From: Ornithinicoccus sp.
GTDB taxonomy: Bacteria > Actinomycetota > Actinomycetes > Actinomycetales > Dermatophilaceae
Direction of reading: 5' to 3'
Assembly: GCA_035303365.1 (NCBI GenBank)
Contig: DATGRS010000140.1
Span: 1 to 54,984, forward strand
DNA: 54,984 nt
Positions 10,105 through 21,530 of this stretch are shown here, one piece after another. Each line of letters begins with the position of its first letter. Position 1 is the first letter of the stretch. The translations under genes were made by a program, and so were the position numbers. A model generated the notes under the pieces. It did not search any database and had not been told where the DNA came from. It saw only the letters and a list, made by a program, of their open reading frames with translations.

Positions 10105-11756
10105 TCGACCCGCAGGACCTGCCAGTCCCTGCCCTCGTGAACGAGGGTCGTCCCCGCGCCGGGCGCGGGTGACTCGCCGGGGCTGCCCCGCCACACCACC
10201 ACCTGACCAATGCCTCGCTGACGCAGCGCGTCCGCACTCAGCGACGCGCCGCGCCCCAGCCCGGTCAACCCGGTGTCCCCCTCGCCGCCGACCTCCCAGG
10301 TCTTCCCGTCCCGGTGGACGACGAGCGTGCGGGAGTGCAGGGCCTCGGCCTCCAGCGCCCGGGGGAGCGGGTCGAGGAACTGCACCGGACCGACCCAGTC
10401 GACCTGACGGAAGGGCTGCCACGGAAGGAGCAGCACCGCCCCGTCAGAACCGTCGTTGACGAGCTCCACGACGGTCCTCCACTCGGCCGGCATCGCCACC
10501 GGCCTCAGGTCCCTCGCGAGCCGACCCGGCACGTCGGGCACGGTCAGGGTGCCGAGTGCGAGAGCCCCCACCACGACTCCGACGGTCACGGCACCCCTCG
10601 CCGTCCGTCCCTGCGATGCCTCTCCCCGAACGGGTGCCGTCAGCCTCGCCGCCCCGAGAGCCAGCAGCACCGCCACCGCCAGCGCTGCCCACCCGAGCCA
10701 GCGGTGGGTGTCGCGCGCCAGCGCCAGACCGGGCACCTGCTGCAGCTCTCGCCAGAGCGGCAGCAGCGGGCCGGCGAGCAGGAGCACGCCCGCCACGACC
10801 GTGACATAGCCAGCTGCTGCCAGATCCAGGAACCGTCGTCGCCCCGGCCCCCATCCATCGGGGCGCTGGCGGCCGCCCCGGCGCAACCACCACCACGCTC
10901 CGGCGGCACCCAGCACGAGGACGAGCTGGACGGCCAGAACTCCGGGATGCATCCGTGACTCCGGCCAGGCGCCGCTGGCCCACACCCCGCCGAGGGTGAC
11001 GACCGAACCCACGGTGCCCCACGGCCCGTCGGCGGCGACGGCGAACGCGTCGGCGCCGTCCGGGACGGCCCCGGCGGTGGGGTGCGCGAGTGCGGCGAGC
11101 AGCCAGGGCAGGGAGAGCAGCGCCACCGGTGCGAGGAGGCCGATCGCCTCCCCCATGCGGTGCGGGACGGGACGCGTCGCGTCGGCGGAGGTCGACCTGG
11201 GCCCGAGGGTGAGGGAGACCACCAGCACGGTCACGCCCGCCATGACCGCCCCTACCGGAGTGACTGCTGCCGGAGCCGCGGCGATCAGGACCAGCCCCAT
11301 CCGCGCCACGAGCGGTCGGTCCGCCCGCACCGCGAGGACCAGCCACGGGATCATCGCGTAACCCAGCAGAGAGGGCGCCTGTCCGAGCAGCAGCCGCTCC
11401 GCGACATACGGGTTGACGACGGCGAGCCCGGCCCCCACCGCGGTGGCGACCGGTCCGTGCCGCCTCAGCAGCGCCGTCATCCCGGAGCCGACCAGCAGCA
11501 GCGGGGCCACGAGCAGGAGGCGCGCGACCAGGCCCGCGGGGAGCACCGTGCTGAGCAGGCTGACGACGGCGTCCAGCGGGACGGCGCGCGGGGCGCCGTC
11601 ACCTCCGAGGGTGTTGGCCCCGAGCACGGGGTCCGGGACCGTCACGAAGTCGCGGTAGAGGTACACCCCGTCCCACGGTCCCGCGCCCACAGCACCGCCC
11701 AGCAGGAGCACCGTGGCAAGCAGCGTCACCAGCAGCCCGGCGACCCATGACCGCAC
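10092..11756 (-). CDS. Polytopic membrane protein, Rv0226c-like (probable GT-C fold)
   Basis: LYRDFVTVP...PRAVPLD, NPYVAERLLLGQ, FLDPLPR motifs; more than 10 TM segments. Confidence 0.7.
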   Translation of the reverse strand: MRSWVAGLLVTLLATVLLLGGAVGAGPWDGVYLYRDFVTVPDPVLGANTLGGDGAPRAVPLDAVVSLLSTVLPAGLVARLLLVAPLLLVGSGMTALLRRHGPVATAVGAGLAVVNPYVAERLLLGQAPSLLGYAMIPWLVLAVRADRPLVARMGLVLIAAAPAAVTPVGAVMAGVTVLVVSLTLGPRSTSADATRPVPHRMGEAIGLLAPVALLSLPWLLAALAHPTAGAVPDGADAFAVAADGPWGTVGSVVTLGGVWASGAWPESRMHPGVLAVQLVLVLGAAGAWWWLRRGGRQRPDGWGPGRRRFLDLAAAGYVTVVAGVLLLAGPLLPLWRELQQVPGLALARDTHRWLGWAALAVAVLLALGAARLTAPVRGEASQGRTARGAVTVGVVVGALALGTLTVPDVPGRLARDLRPVAMPAEWRTVVELVNDGSDGAVLLLPWQPFRQVDWVGPVQFLDPLPRALEAEALHSRTLVVHRDGKTWEVGGEGDTGLTGLGRGASLSADALRQRGIGQVVVWRGSPGESPAPGAGTTLVHEGRDWQVLRVDQSP

Positions 11757-11785
11757 CGGTGCGCCCCGGTGGTCGATCCGGAAGA

Positions 11786-12607
11786 TCAGACGTCGTCCGG
11801 AGTCACCGGCATCGCACGCTTGTGTGCGGTCCGTGCGTGCCAGCCCTCGATCGTGCTGCGGTCCTCCGCGGAGACCTCCTTGCCCTCGAGGTAGTCGTCG
11901 ATCGCCTCGTAGCTCACACCCAACGAGGCCTCGTCCGGGCTGAGCGGCTTGTTGTCCTCGAGGTCGGCAGTCGGGATCTTGGACACGAGGTGCACCGGTG
12001 CGCCGAGGTGGGCGGCGACCGCTCGCACCCGTCGCTTGGTCAGTCCGGCCAAGGGCGTCAGGTCGCAGGCACCGTCGCCGTACTTGGTGTAGAACCCGAC
12101 GACCGCCTCGGCAGCCTGGTCGGTGCCCAGGACCAGCAGCCCGCGGGCCCCGGCGGCGAGGTACTGCGCGACCATCCGCTGACGTGCCTTGACGTTGCCC
12201 TTGACGAAGTCGGAGTGATCGATGCCGGTGAAGTCCACGCCAGCCGCGTCCACCTCGTCGAACATCGCGTCGGTGGAGGCCTTGATGTTGACGGTGATCG
12301 TCTCGTCGGCGCCCACGAACTCGACGGCGGTGGCGGCGTCGGCCTCGTCGGCCTGCACGCCGTAGGGCAGGCGCATGGCCAGGAAGGTGGCGTCACCGCC
12401 CTGCTCCCGCACGCGCTCGCAGGCGAGCTGGGCGAGCCGGCCACAGGTCGTCGAGTCCACGCCGCCGCTGATGCCGAGGACGTAGCCCTTGGCGCCGCTC
12501 TGCCGCAGATAGTCGACCAGGAAGGTGATCCGGCGTTCCGCCTCGTGGGCGGCGTCAAAGTCCGCGGCGACGCCCAGCTCAGCGATGATCTGCTGCTGTG
12601 TACTCAT
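11786..12607 (-). CDS. nadE: Ammonia-dependent NAD+ synthetase
   Basis: LGISGGVDS PP-loop, GNVKARQRM, GFYTKYGDG, PTADLE. Confidence 0.95.
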   Translation of the reverse strand: MSTQQQIIAELGVAADFDAAHEAERRITFLVDYLRQSGAKGYVLGISGGVDSTTCGRLAQLACERVREQGGDATFLAMRLPYGVQADEADAATAVEFVGADETITVNIKASTDAMFDEVDAAGVDFTGIDHSDFVKGNVKARQRMVAQYLAAGARGLLVLGTDQAAEAVVGFYTKYGDGACDLTPLAGLTKRRVRAVAAHLGAPVHLVSKIPTADLEDNKPLSPDEASLGVSYEAIDDYLEGKEVSAEDRSTIEGWHARTAHKRAMPVTPDDV

Positions 12608-12649
12608 GCGGCGAATCTACCGGCTGAGCCAGCTCCTGGCTGCGTGCCG

Positions 12650-13291
12650 TCACAGCCAGCCGCGCTCCTGAGCGGTCTGCGCCGCCTCGACCCGCGTTGC
12701 GGTGCCGGTCTTGCCGATGGCCGAGGAGAGGTAGTTGCGCACGGTGCCCTGCGACAGGTGCACGCGCCCGGCGATCGAGGCCACCGTGCCACCCGCCAGC
12801 GCCTCGCGGAGCACCTCCCGCTCGCGCTCGGTCAAGGGGTTGGGACCGCCGAGCAACGACTCCGTCGCGAGGACCGGGTCGACCACGCGCAGCCCGGCGT
12901 GCACGCGGCGCACCGCCTCGGCCAGCTCCCGCGCCGGAGTGTCCTTGACGACGAAGCCGCCCGCGCCCGCGTCCATCGCCCGACGCAGGTATCCGGGTCG
13001 TCCGAACGTGGTCACGATGAGCACCCTGGTCGCCGGCAGGTGCTGACGCAGCCGGGAGGTGGCCTCGATGCCGTCACCGCCGGGCATCTCGATGTCGAGC
13101 ACGCACACGTCGGCGCGGGACGAGCGAGCGGCCTCGACCACCTCGTCACCACGTCCCACCTCCGCGACGACCGTCAGGTCGGGCTCGAGGTTGAGGAGGG
13201 CTGCCAGGGCGCCGCGCACCAGGGCCTGGTCGTCAGCGAGCAGCACCCTGATGGGTGAGTCGGACGTCGGGACCAACGAGCCATAGGTCAC
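12650..13291 (-). CDS. NarL/DesR-family response regulator
   Basis: LLADDQ, LDIEMPG, TTFGRPGY, LuxR-type HTH GTVRNYLS. Confidence 0.95.
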   Translation of the reverse strand: MTYGSLVPTSDSPIRVLLADDQALVRGALAALLNLEPDLTVVAEVGRGDEVVEAARSSRADVCVLDIEMPGGDGIEATSRLRQHLPATRVLIVTTFGRPGYLRRAMDAGAGGFVVKDTPARELAEAVRRVHAGLRVVDPVLATESLLGGPNPLTEREREVLREALAGGTVASIAGRVHLSQGTVRNYLSSAIGKTGTATRVEAAQTAQERGWL

Positions 13292-14379
13292 AGGACCACC
13301 TCCAGGACGGTGCCACGGGACGTACCGGGGGCAAGACTCAGGGTGCCCCCTGCGAGGGCCACCCGCTCGCGAATGCCCCTCAGTCCGTTGCCCTCCCGCA
13401 GGCCGTCGAGCCCGCGGCCGTCGTCGGCGACGGAGAGCCTGGCCGCACCGAGCTCAATGGTGCACTGACCGGCGCCGCTGTGCCGCACGACGTTGGTGAC
13501 GGCCTCCCGCAGCACCCAGCCCAGCAGCACGCGGTGTCGCGGGTCGACCACGGACAGGTCCTCCGGCAGGTCAGCCGTGATGCCGGCTCCGCTGAGTGCC
13601 AGACCCGCGGCGGCCACCTCGTCAGCAAGGCTCGCCACCCGCAGGCCGGTGACCGTCGCCCGGATCTCTGCGAGGGCGGTGCGGCTCAGCGACTGGATCT
13701 GGGCCAGTTCCTCGTGCGCCCGCGCCGGGTCGGCCTCGATCAGTCGTTGCGCCAGCTCGGCCTTGACGGTGACCACGGTGAGGCTGTGCCCCAGCACGTC
13801 GTGGACGTCGCGCGCGACGCGGTCGCGCTCGGCGGCCAGCGCCAGCTCGCCGACCATCGTGCGATGCGCCGCGCCGCGTTCGTCGAAGACCCGGACGAGC
13901 CCGGCGGACAACATGACCAGCGTGATAATGATGGTGAAGACCCAGAGGTCCTGCCACAGGTCGGTCAGTAGGGGCGTGAGGACACACAGGGCGATCGCCG
14001 TCCCTGCGACGGCGAACGCCCACACCAGCGGCAGGCTGAACATCGCCAGCGCCACGATGTAGGGCAGCAACCCGAGCGCGTTCACACCGAGCAGCGGCGT
14101 GAGTGCCAGGGCGACGAGAACCATGCCGGCGAGGTGGACGAGCCCGGCGCGCACCACGCCGGGGTCACTGTCCGCCGAGTTGATCGCGACGAACCCGCGC
14201 ACGTAGACCAGTGCAAAGGCGAGGACGCCCGTCACACCCAGGACCCGCCACATGATGGGACGGTCCGAGGTGACCAACGCGATCGTCGGGAAGACCAGGA
14301 AGACCAGCCAGATCGCACCCATCAACCAGCCGAACTTCTGCCACGGGTCCTGCGGCGCAGGAGGGGTGGGCTGGGTCAT
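13288..14379 (-). CDS. DesK-like sensor histidine kinase (HisKA_3)
   Basis: N-terminal TM helices; ERDRVARDVHDVLGHSL, EAVTNVVRH, DDGRG, GNGLRG. Confidence 0.95.
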   Translation of the reverse strand: MTQPTPPAPQDPWQKFGWLMGAIWLVFLVFPTIALVTSDRPIMWRVLGVTGVLAFALVYVRGFVAINSADSDPGVVRAGLVHLAGMVLVALALTPLLGVNALGLLPYIVALAMFSLPLVWAFAVAGTAIALCVLTPLLTDLWQDLWVFTIIITLVMLSAGLVRVFDERGAAHRTMVGELALAAERDRVARDVHDVLGHSLTVVTVKAELAQRLIEADPARAHEELAQIQSLSRTALAEIRATVTGLRVASLADEVAAAGLALSGAGITADLPEDLSVVDPRHRVLLGWVLREAVTNVVRHSGAGQCTIELGAARLSVADDGRGLDGLREGNGLRGIRERVALAGGTLSLAPGTSRGTVLEVVL

Positions 14380-14439
14380 GCTCCCGAGCCTGCCCCATCA
14401 GCGGGACCGCTGTCACGTCCTGCCCGTCACCGGGCCTCA

Positions 14440-14453
14440 GTGACACCTGTCAC
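14440..14453. promoter_or_regulatory. Palindromic operator GTGACA-CC-TGTCAC, probable binding site of the adjacent response regulator
   Basis: Perfect inverted repeat with extra half-sites at 14411 and 14425; -10-like TAGCAT at 14467 precedes GTG 14480. Confidence 0.6.
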
Positions 14454-14479
14454 CGCAGGCCACAGCTAGCATCGAGGGC

Positions 14480-15352
14480 GTGTCCGTTGCCCCCGACCTG
14501 GTGCCGCGCCGGGTCCGTGCCGCCTTCGCGCACGCCGCTGTGCAGCAGTCCGCCGATCGCATCGGCGTCAGGGTGCTGCACATCAAGGGGGTGGCGACCG
14601 ACGAGCACCTGCGTTCCAGCGGGGGCGGCACCGACGCAGACGTGCTGGTCGACCCGTCGGGGGTCGGCCTGCTCCTCGCAGATCTCCGCGCGCACGGGTG
14701 GCAGCCCTACAGCGACTTCATGACCGGCTCGCCGTTCGGGCACGCCGCCACGCTGGCGCACGACCACTGGGGCTATGCCGACCTGCACCGCTTCTTCCCC
14801 GGGATGCACCGTGACCCGGCGGGGACCTTCGAGGTGTTGTGGGCCGGGCGGCAGCCGGTGCAGATCGCTGGGTTCCCGTGCATGGTGCCCTCTGCCGCCG
14901 GGCAGGCCCTCGTGCTGGTGCTCAACAACGTGCGCAACCGCAGAGACACGGCGGGCGACTCGCGGATCGACCGGTTGCGGGAGGATCCCGAGGCATGGCG
15001 CGAGCTCGAGGCGCTGGTGCCCATCGTGCACGCGCAGGTCGCCTTCGACGCGGCCTTCGGGAGGCTCGAGGAGCACCGGGGCGATCCCGACTACTGGATG
15101 TGGAAGGTCACGACCGAGGGCGGCAGCCGCTCGGCCGAGTGGCTGGCCCGGGTCCGGTCCGCGCCCACGGCGCGCTCCAAGGCCGCCCTGGTGCTCCGCG
15201 CACCTCTGGTCAACACCGAGACGCTGGCTCACCGCCTCGGGCGCACGCCGACCCGAACCGAGGTGGTCAGGGAGTTCCTGCGCCGCACTGGCCGCGGCGC
15301 CCGGGAGCTCGGGGCGGCAGCCCGGCGTCGGCTCGGTGGTGGGTCCCGATGA
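14480..15352 (+). CDS. Uncharacterised nucleotidyltransferase (NTP_transf_5-like)
   Basis: LHIKG motif followed by TDADVLV (DxD) and DLHRFFPG. Confidence 0.7.
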   Translation: MSVAPDLVPRRVRAAFAHAAVQQSADRIGVRVLHIKGVATDEHLRSSGGGTDADVLVDPSGVGLLLADLRAHGWQPYSDFMTGSPFGHAATLAHDHWGYADLHRFFPGMHRDPAGTFEVLWAGRQPVQIAGFPCMVPSAAGQALVLVLNNVRNRRDTAGDSRIDRLREDPEAWRELEALVPIVHAQVAFDAAFGRLEEHRGDPDYWMWKVTTEGGSRSAEWLARVRSAPTARSKAALVLRAPLVNTETLAHRLGRTPTRTEVVREFLRRTGRGARELGAAARRRLGGGSR

Positions 15353-15684
15353 GCCGCATGGGCATGCCGGGAGGTAGTTCCGCGGGTCGCTCCCCGGCGA
15401 CCCGGTGGTCGCGGGCCCGCTACGTCGCCGTCGTGGACGCCCCGGAGGAGGTGGCAGACGACCTTCCCGGTGGGGTCGTCTATCTCGCGCCGCTGCCGGA
15501 TGGTCCGCTCAGGGTCCTGTCCGGTGCCTCTGCCGTCCTCTACCGCGCGCTGGTGGACCCCCATGACGACCCGGCCGTGCGCGTGGCCCGAGAGCTGGGG
15601 GTCGCTCCGGAGGACGTCGACCCCGAGGCGATCGCAGAGTTCGCGGACGAGCTGGTGCAGGAGGGTCTGCTGGTCCGGAACTGA
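15349..15684 (+). CDS. PqqD/RiPP-recognition-element-like small protein
   Basis: ATG overlaps the upstream TGA (ATGA); about 111 aa; VYLAPL...LSGASAVLYRAL...FADELVQEGLL pattern typical of the PqqD winged-helix fold. Confidence 0.6.
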   Translation: MSRMGMPGGSSAGRSPATRWSRARYVAVVDAPEEVADDLPGGVVYLAPLPDGPLRVLSGASAVLYRALVDPHDDPAVRVARELGVAPEDVDPEAIAEFADELVQEGLLVRN

Positions 15685-15687
15685 CGG

Positions 15688-17100
15688 TCAGCGTCGGGCG
15701 CGGGACCGGGCGGCGGCGCGGGGGCGGGTCGCGTCCAACACCAGTCGATCCGCGGGCTCCTCCTCCGACGGCTGATGCTCCTGGCGGTAGTAGCCGTAGT
15801 AGGACGCGCTCTCCATCGGCGCCATGTTGAGGGCGCTGCCGGCCAGCTTGGCGCCCGCCGTCTCGAACGCCCGGAGCGCCTCGGCGACGTGCCGTTTGCG
15901 GGTGCGGTTGGCGGCGACGACCAGCAGTGAGCCGCCGGTCAGCTTGTCGACGACCATGGCGTCGGTCACCGGCAGCACCGGCGGGGTGTCGACCAGCACG
16001 AAGTCGAAGCGTTCGGTCAGCTGGGCGAAGAGGTCGCGCATGGCGTCCGAACCCAGCAGCTCGCTCGGGTTCGGCGGGATCTCGCCAGCCGGCAGCACAT
16101 ACATCTCGGACTGGCCCCAGCGCACCATCATGTCGTTGAGCGAGGCACGGCCCAGCAGCACCGTCGTCAGACCGACGCTGCCCTCCAGCCCCAGCGTCTT
16201 GGCGACCGAGGGGTTGCGCAGGTCTGCGTCCACGAGGAGCACCTTGGTGCCCGCGTCGGCCATCGCCAGCGCGAGGTTCACCGCCGTGGTGGTCTTGCCC
16301 TCACCGGGCATCGGCGAGGTCACCAGGAAGGAGTGCCTCCGGGTCGTCACGTCCACGAACATCAGGTTGGTGCGCAGCCGGCGGACCGCCTCCGCGTGCG
16401 GGCTGAACGGGTCGGACTCCATGAAGACCGGCCGTCCGTCACCGTTCTTGCGCATTGGGATGCTGGCCAGCACGGGGCGCTCGGTCATCTCGCCGAGGTC
16501 CTTCGCGGTCCGGACGCGGGTGTCGAGGTTGTGCCGCAGCAGGGCGAAACCGATGCCGAGGAAGAGCCCTGCCAGGAGTGCGAGCGCCAGGTTGCGGGTG
16601 ACGTCAGGGCTGACCGGGGCGCCGGGCACTCCGGCGGCCACGATGGTCTGCGCCTTCACCTCGCCACCGGACTGGGCCAGCATCTGGGAGAAGTCCGGCG
16701 AGACCTCCGCGAGCTTCGCGGCCACGGCCGTGGCAACCTGCGAAGCAGCCTCCGGCGTGCGTGCCCTGACGGTGATGTCGATGAGCGGGGTCCCGGTCTC
16801 GGCGTTCGCGGTGACGCCGAGGATCTGGCCGGGTTGCAGACCCAGCTCCTCGCGGACCGGGTCCAGGACGACCGGCGACTGCGCCACCTCCAGGATGGTG
16901 TCCAGCTCCGCAGAGGGCATCTGGTACATGTTGACCGTGCCGGTGTCACCGACGGCGGACAGGTAGACGCGGGTGTGCGACTGGTAGGTCGGAGGAGTCT
17001 GCAGGGTGATCACGGCTGCCACACTGACCACGGCGAGAATGGTCGCCAGGATCAGGCGCCACCTGGTCCGCAGGATGGCGAGCAGCTCGTGAATCTGCAC
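15688..17100 (-). CDS. Polysaccharide biosynthesis tyrosine autokinase (Wzz/CpsC-CpsD fusion, BY-kinase)
   Basis: Two TM segments, EAVRRLRTNL, Walker A PGEGKTT, DADLR, VDTPP, C-terminal YYGYY cluster. Confidence 0.9.
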   Translation of the reverse strand: MQIHELLAILRTRWRLILATILAVVSVAAVITLQTPPTYQSHTRVYLSAVGDTGTVNMYQMPSAELDTILEVAQSPVVLDPVREELGLQPGQILGVTANAETGTPLIDITVRARTPEAASQVATAVAAKLAEVSPDFSQMLAQSGGEVKAQTIVAAGVPGAPVSPDVTRNLALALLAGLFLGIGFALLRHNLDTRVRTAKDLGEMTERPVLASIPMRKNGDGRPVFMESDPFSPHAEAVRRLRTNLMFVDVTTRRHSFLVTSPMPGEGKTTTAVNLALAMADAGTKVLLVDADLRNPSVAKTLGLEGSVGLTTVLLGRASLNDMMVRWGQSEMYVLPAGEIPPNPSELLGSDAMRDLFAQLTERFDFVLVDTPPVLPVTDAMVVDKLTGGSLLVVAANRTRKRHVAEALRAFETAGAKLAGSALNMAPMESASYYGYYRQEHQPSEEEPADRLVLDATRPRAAARSRARR

Positions 17101-17236
17101 CGGTGTCTCCCCACTGGTAGATGGCTCGCGCTCTCATCGTACCCGCAGGTGGGAGGCCCTGGGTGCTCCTGCGGACATCCGTGCTATCGCCGACGCGGAT
17201 CACAGTCCTTCGCCGGTGCTGTACCTGGCGGCGCGG

Positions 17237-19184
<1,948 letters not shown>

Positions 19185-19186
19185 CC

Positions 19187-20572
19187 GTGGCGCCGGCCGT
19201 CCGGCATACCGCCATCCCGGGGCTGTTGGTGGTGGAGCTCGACCTCCACGAGGACAGCCGGGGCTGGTTCAAGGAGAACTGGCAGCGGGCCAGGATGACC
19301 GAGCTGGGGCTCCCCGACTTCGGCCCGGTGCAGCACAGCGTGGCCCACAACGGCCCGGTGGCGGTGACCCGCGGCATCCATGCCGAACCGTGGGACAAGC
19401 TGGTCTCCGTCGTGCACGGACGCGCGTTCGGCGCCTGGGTCGACCTGCGCGAAGGGCCGACGTTCGGCACGCTGCACACCGAGGAGCTGGACGAGCGGAC
19501 GGCTGTGTTCGTCCCACGCGGCGTCGGCAACTCCTACCAGACACTGCTGCCGGAGACCGTCTACTCCTACCTGGTCAACGCGCACTGGAGCCCGGACGCG
19601 GACTACACCATGCTGCACCCCGGCGACGAGACCGTGGCGGTGCCCTGGCCGATCCCGCTGACGGAGGCGGTCATCTCGGACAAGGACGAGCAGCACCCGC
19701 GCCTGGCGCACGTGACGCCGGTCGCCCCACCCCGCGCCCTGGTCCTCGGGGGCAGCGGGCAGCTCGGGAGCGCGCTCGCCGACGAGCTCCCGGAGGTCAC
19801 TCTGCTGACCCGTGCCGAGCTCGACCTCACCGACCACGGGGCGATCGAGTCGTACGACTTCACCGGGGTGGGCACCGTCATCAACGCCGCCGCGTTCACC
19901 GAGGTCGACCGCGCCGAGACCGACGACGGTCGCCGGCAGGCCTGGGCGGCCAACGCGTCCGGCGTCGCCGCACTGGCGGCTGCCGCCGTGCGCCACGGGT
20001 TCACGCTGGTCCACTACTCCAGCGACTACGTCTTCGACGGTGCCTCCGAGGTCAGCGCCGAGGACGAGCCGCTGGCGCCGCTGGGCGTCTACGGCCAGTC
20101 CAAGGCGGCCGGTGACCTGGCGGTGTCGGTCGTGCCGCGCCACTACCTGCTCCGGACCTCGTGGGTGATCGGCGACGGTGGCAACTTCGTCCGGACGATG
20201 CAGCGCCTGGCCCGACGCGGCGTCGAGCCCCGGGTGGTGGACGACCAGCTGGGACGACTGACCTTCGCCGACGAGCTCGCCCGGGCGACGGCTCACCTGC
20301 TGGCCGGTGGTGCGGCATACGGCACCTATCACGTGACCAACGCCGGCGGACCGGTCAGCTGGGCGGAGGTGGCGCGTCGGGTCTTCGTGGCTGAGGGTCG
20401 TGAGCCGTCCGCGGTCCACCCGGTCACCACCGAGGAGTATGTCGAGAGTGCCGGTGGGGCACCCCGCCCGCGCCGGAGCGTGCTTGACCTGTCCCGCATC
20501 CGGGCCACCGGTTTCGAGCCCCGCGACCAGTGGCAGGCGCTCGCCGACTATCTGGGGACCGACGCGGACTGA
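19187..20572 (+). CDS. rfbCD: Bifunctional dTDP-4-dehydrorhamnose 3,5-epimerase/reductase (RmlC-RmlD fusion)
   Basis: N-terminal DSRGWFKE, TRGIHAEPWDK; C-terminal GGSGQLG, SSDYVFDG, YGQSK. Confidence 0.9.
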   Translation: MAPAVRHTAIPGLLVVELDLHEDSRGWFKENWQRARMTELGLPDFGPVQHSVAHNGPVAVTRGIHAEPWDKLVSVVHGRAFGAWVDLREGPTFGTLHTEELDERTAVFVPRGVGNSYQTLLPETVYSYLVNAHWSPDADYTMLHPGDETVAVPWPIPLTEAVISDKDEQHPRLAHVTPVAPPRALVLGGSGQLGSALADELPEVTLLTRAELDLTDHGAIESYDFTGVGTVINAAAFTEVDRAETDDGRRQAWAANASGVAALAAAAVRHGFTLVHYSSDYVFDGASEVSAEDEPLAPLGVYGQSKAAGDLAVSVVPRHYLLRTSWVIGDGGNFVRTMQRLARRGVEPRVVDDQLGRLTFADELARATAHLLAGGAAYGTYHVTNAGGPVSWAEVARRVFVAEGREPSAVHPVTTEEYVESAGGAPRPRRSVLDLSRIRATGFEPRDQWQALADYLGTDAD

Positions 20573-20692
20573 GCCGCGTCGGACCTCCTGTCCGACCGCC
20601 TGGTGCGGGACCTCGCTCCGAACCCATAGAGTGCTCCGGCAAGGGGGGACGTCAACCGGCGTCGCCACACCGACCTCCGAAGGAGACGTGCC

Positions 20693-21346
20693 ATGCGCCG
20701 CTCGATGACTATCGCTCTGACCGCCACCGCGCTGCTCGGTCTGTCCGCCTGTGGCGACGGCACCGAGCCGCTGACACAGGAGCAGACCCGAGAGGCCCTG
20801 CTCACCGATGCGGACTTCCCCCTCGACGGGTTCACCGCCGGCGACGTCACCGAGGGCAGTGCGGACGAGGGTGGCGAGGGCGACCCACTGTCCGACTTCC
20901 CCGGGCAGGACCAGCTCTCCGACGAGTGCGTGGAGATCCTGGAGGGCCTGAACGAGCTGGAGACCGGCTTCGGCGCCCAGTCCAGCGTCGACTTCACCGG
21001 CGAGGAGGACGCCGCCTCCCCGCTCGGCGCCCCCACGGTCAGCGTGCTCGTGGCCTCCTCCGAGGAGGGCGACAACCCGCTGGACGCGATCGACGAGCTC
21101 AACTCGGCGTGTGAGGAGGTCACTATCGAGGAGGAGGGGGCGGAGATGACCCTGGGCTTCGAGGAGATCGAGGCGGACGCCCAGGGCACGAGGATCTCGA
21201 TGGGCGTGATGGGCATGACCTTCGACATCACGATGGTCGGTCGTGAGAACGCCGGCAACTACGCGATCGTGATGGGCACGGGTGTCTCCGAGGAGCAGAT
21301 CGTCGAGGTCCTCGAGGCCCAGGAAGAGAAGATGGCGGACCTCTGA
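20693..21346 (+). CDS. Acidic lipoprotein of unknown function
   Basis: Signal peptide with lipobox LSAC; AAGGAG ribosome-binding site; very Asp/Glu rich. Confidence 0.75.
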   Translation: MRRSMTIALTATALLGLSACGDGTEPLTQEQTREALLTDADFPLDGFTAGDVTEGSADEGGEGDPLSDFPGQDQLSDECVEILEGLNELETGFGAQSSVDFTGEEDAASPLGAPTVSVLVASSEEGDNPLDAIDELNSACEEVTIEEEGAEMTLGFEEIEADAQGTRISMGVMGMTFDITMVGRENAGNYAIVMGTGVSEEQIVEVLEAQEEKMADL

Positions 21347-21530
21347 GGGGCAGTAGAAGTGCCTCAGGAGTCACATCTGTCCCACCGGTCACCAGGAAGG
21401 TTGGCGCAGGTAAAGAATTGGCCACCAGCGGCCAAGAGATTGTCCAGCAGGTGTAGTCACGGCGTCGCGACGGGCATAGTCTGCTACGCAAGCAACCCGT
21501 GACATCTCACGTCAGGTAGGAGAGGGAAGA

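Noticed and set aside
8557-10422. 621-aa ORF as a single gene
   Set aside because: Only 9798 to about 9071 is AidB-like; the upstream part overlaps two other genes and the downstream part is out-of-frame read-through
14480-15684. Complete lasso-peptide or PQQ biosynthetic cluster
   Set aside because: No precursor, cyclase, leader protease or pqqBCE genes in the window
19187-20572. RmlC-RmlD fusion as a novelty
   Set aside because: Common in actinobacteria
21347-21530. c-di-AMP (ydaO) riboswitch upstream of the cell-wall peptidase
   Set aside because: Conserved GCTGAATCC/GGGGGAACC/TCAGCTAACC elements not found
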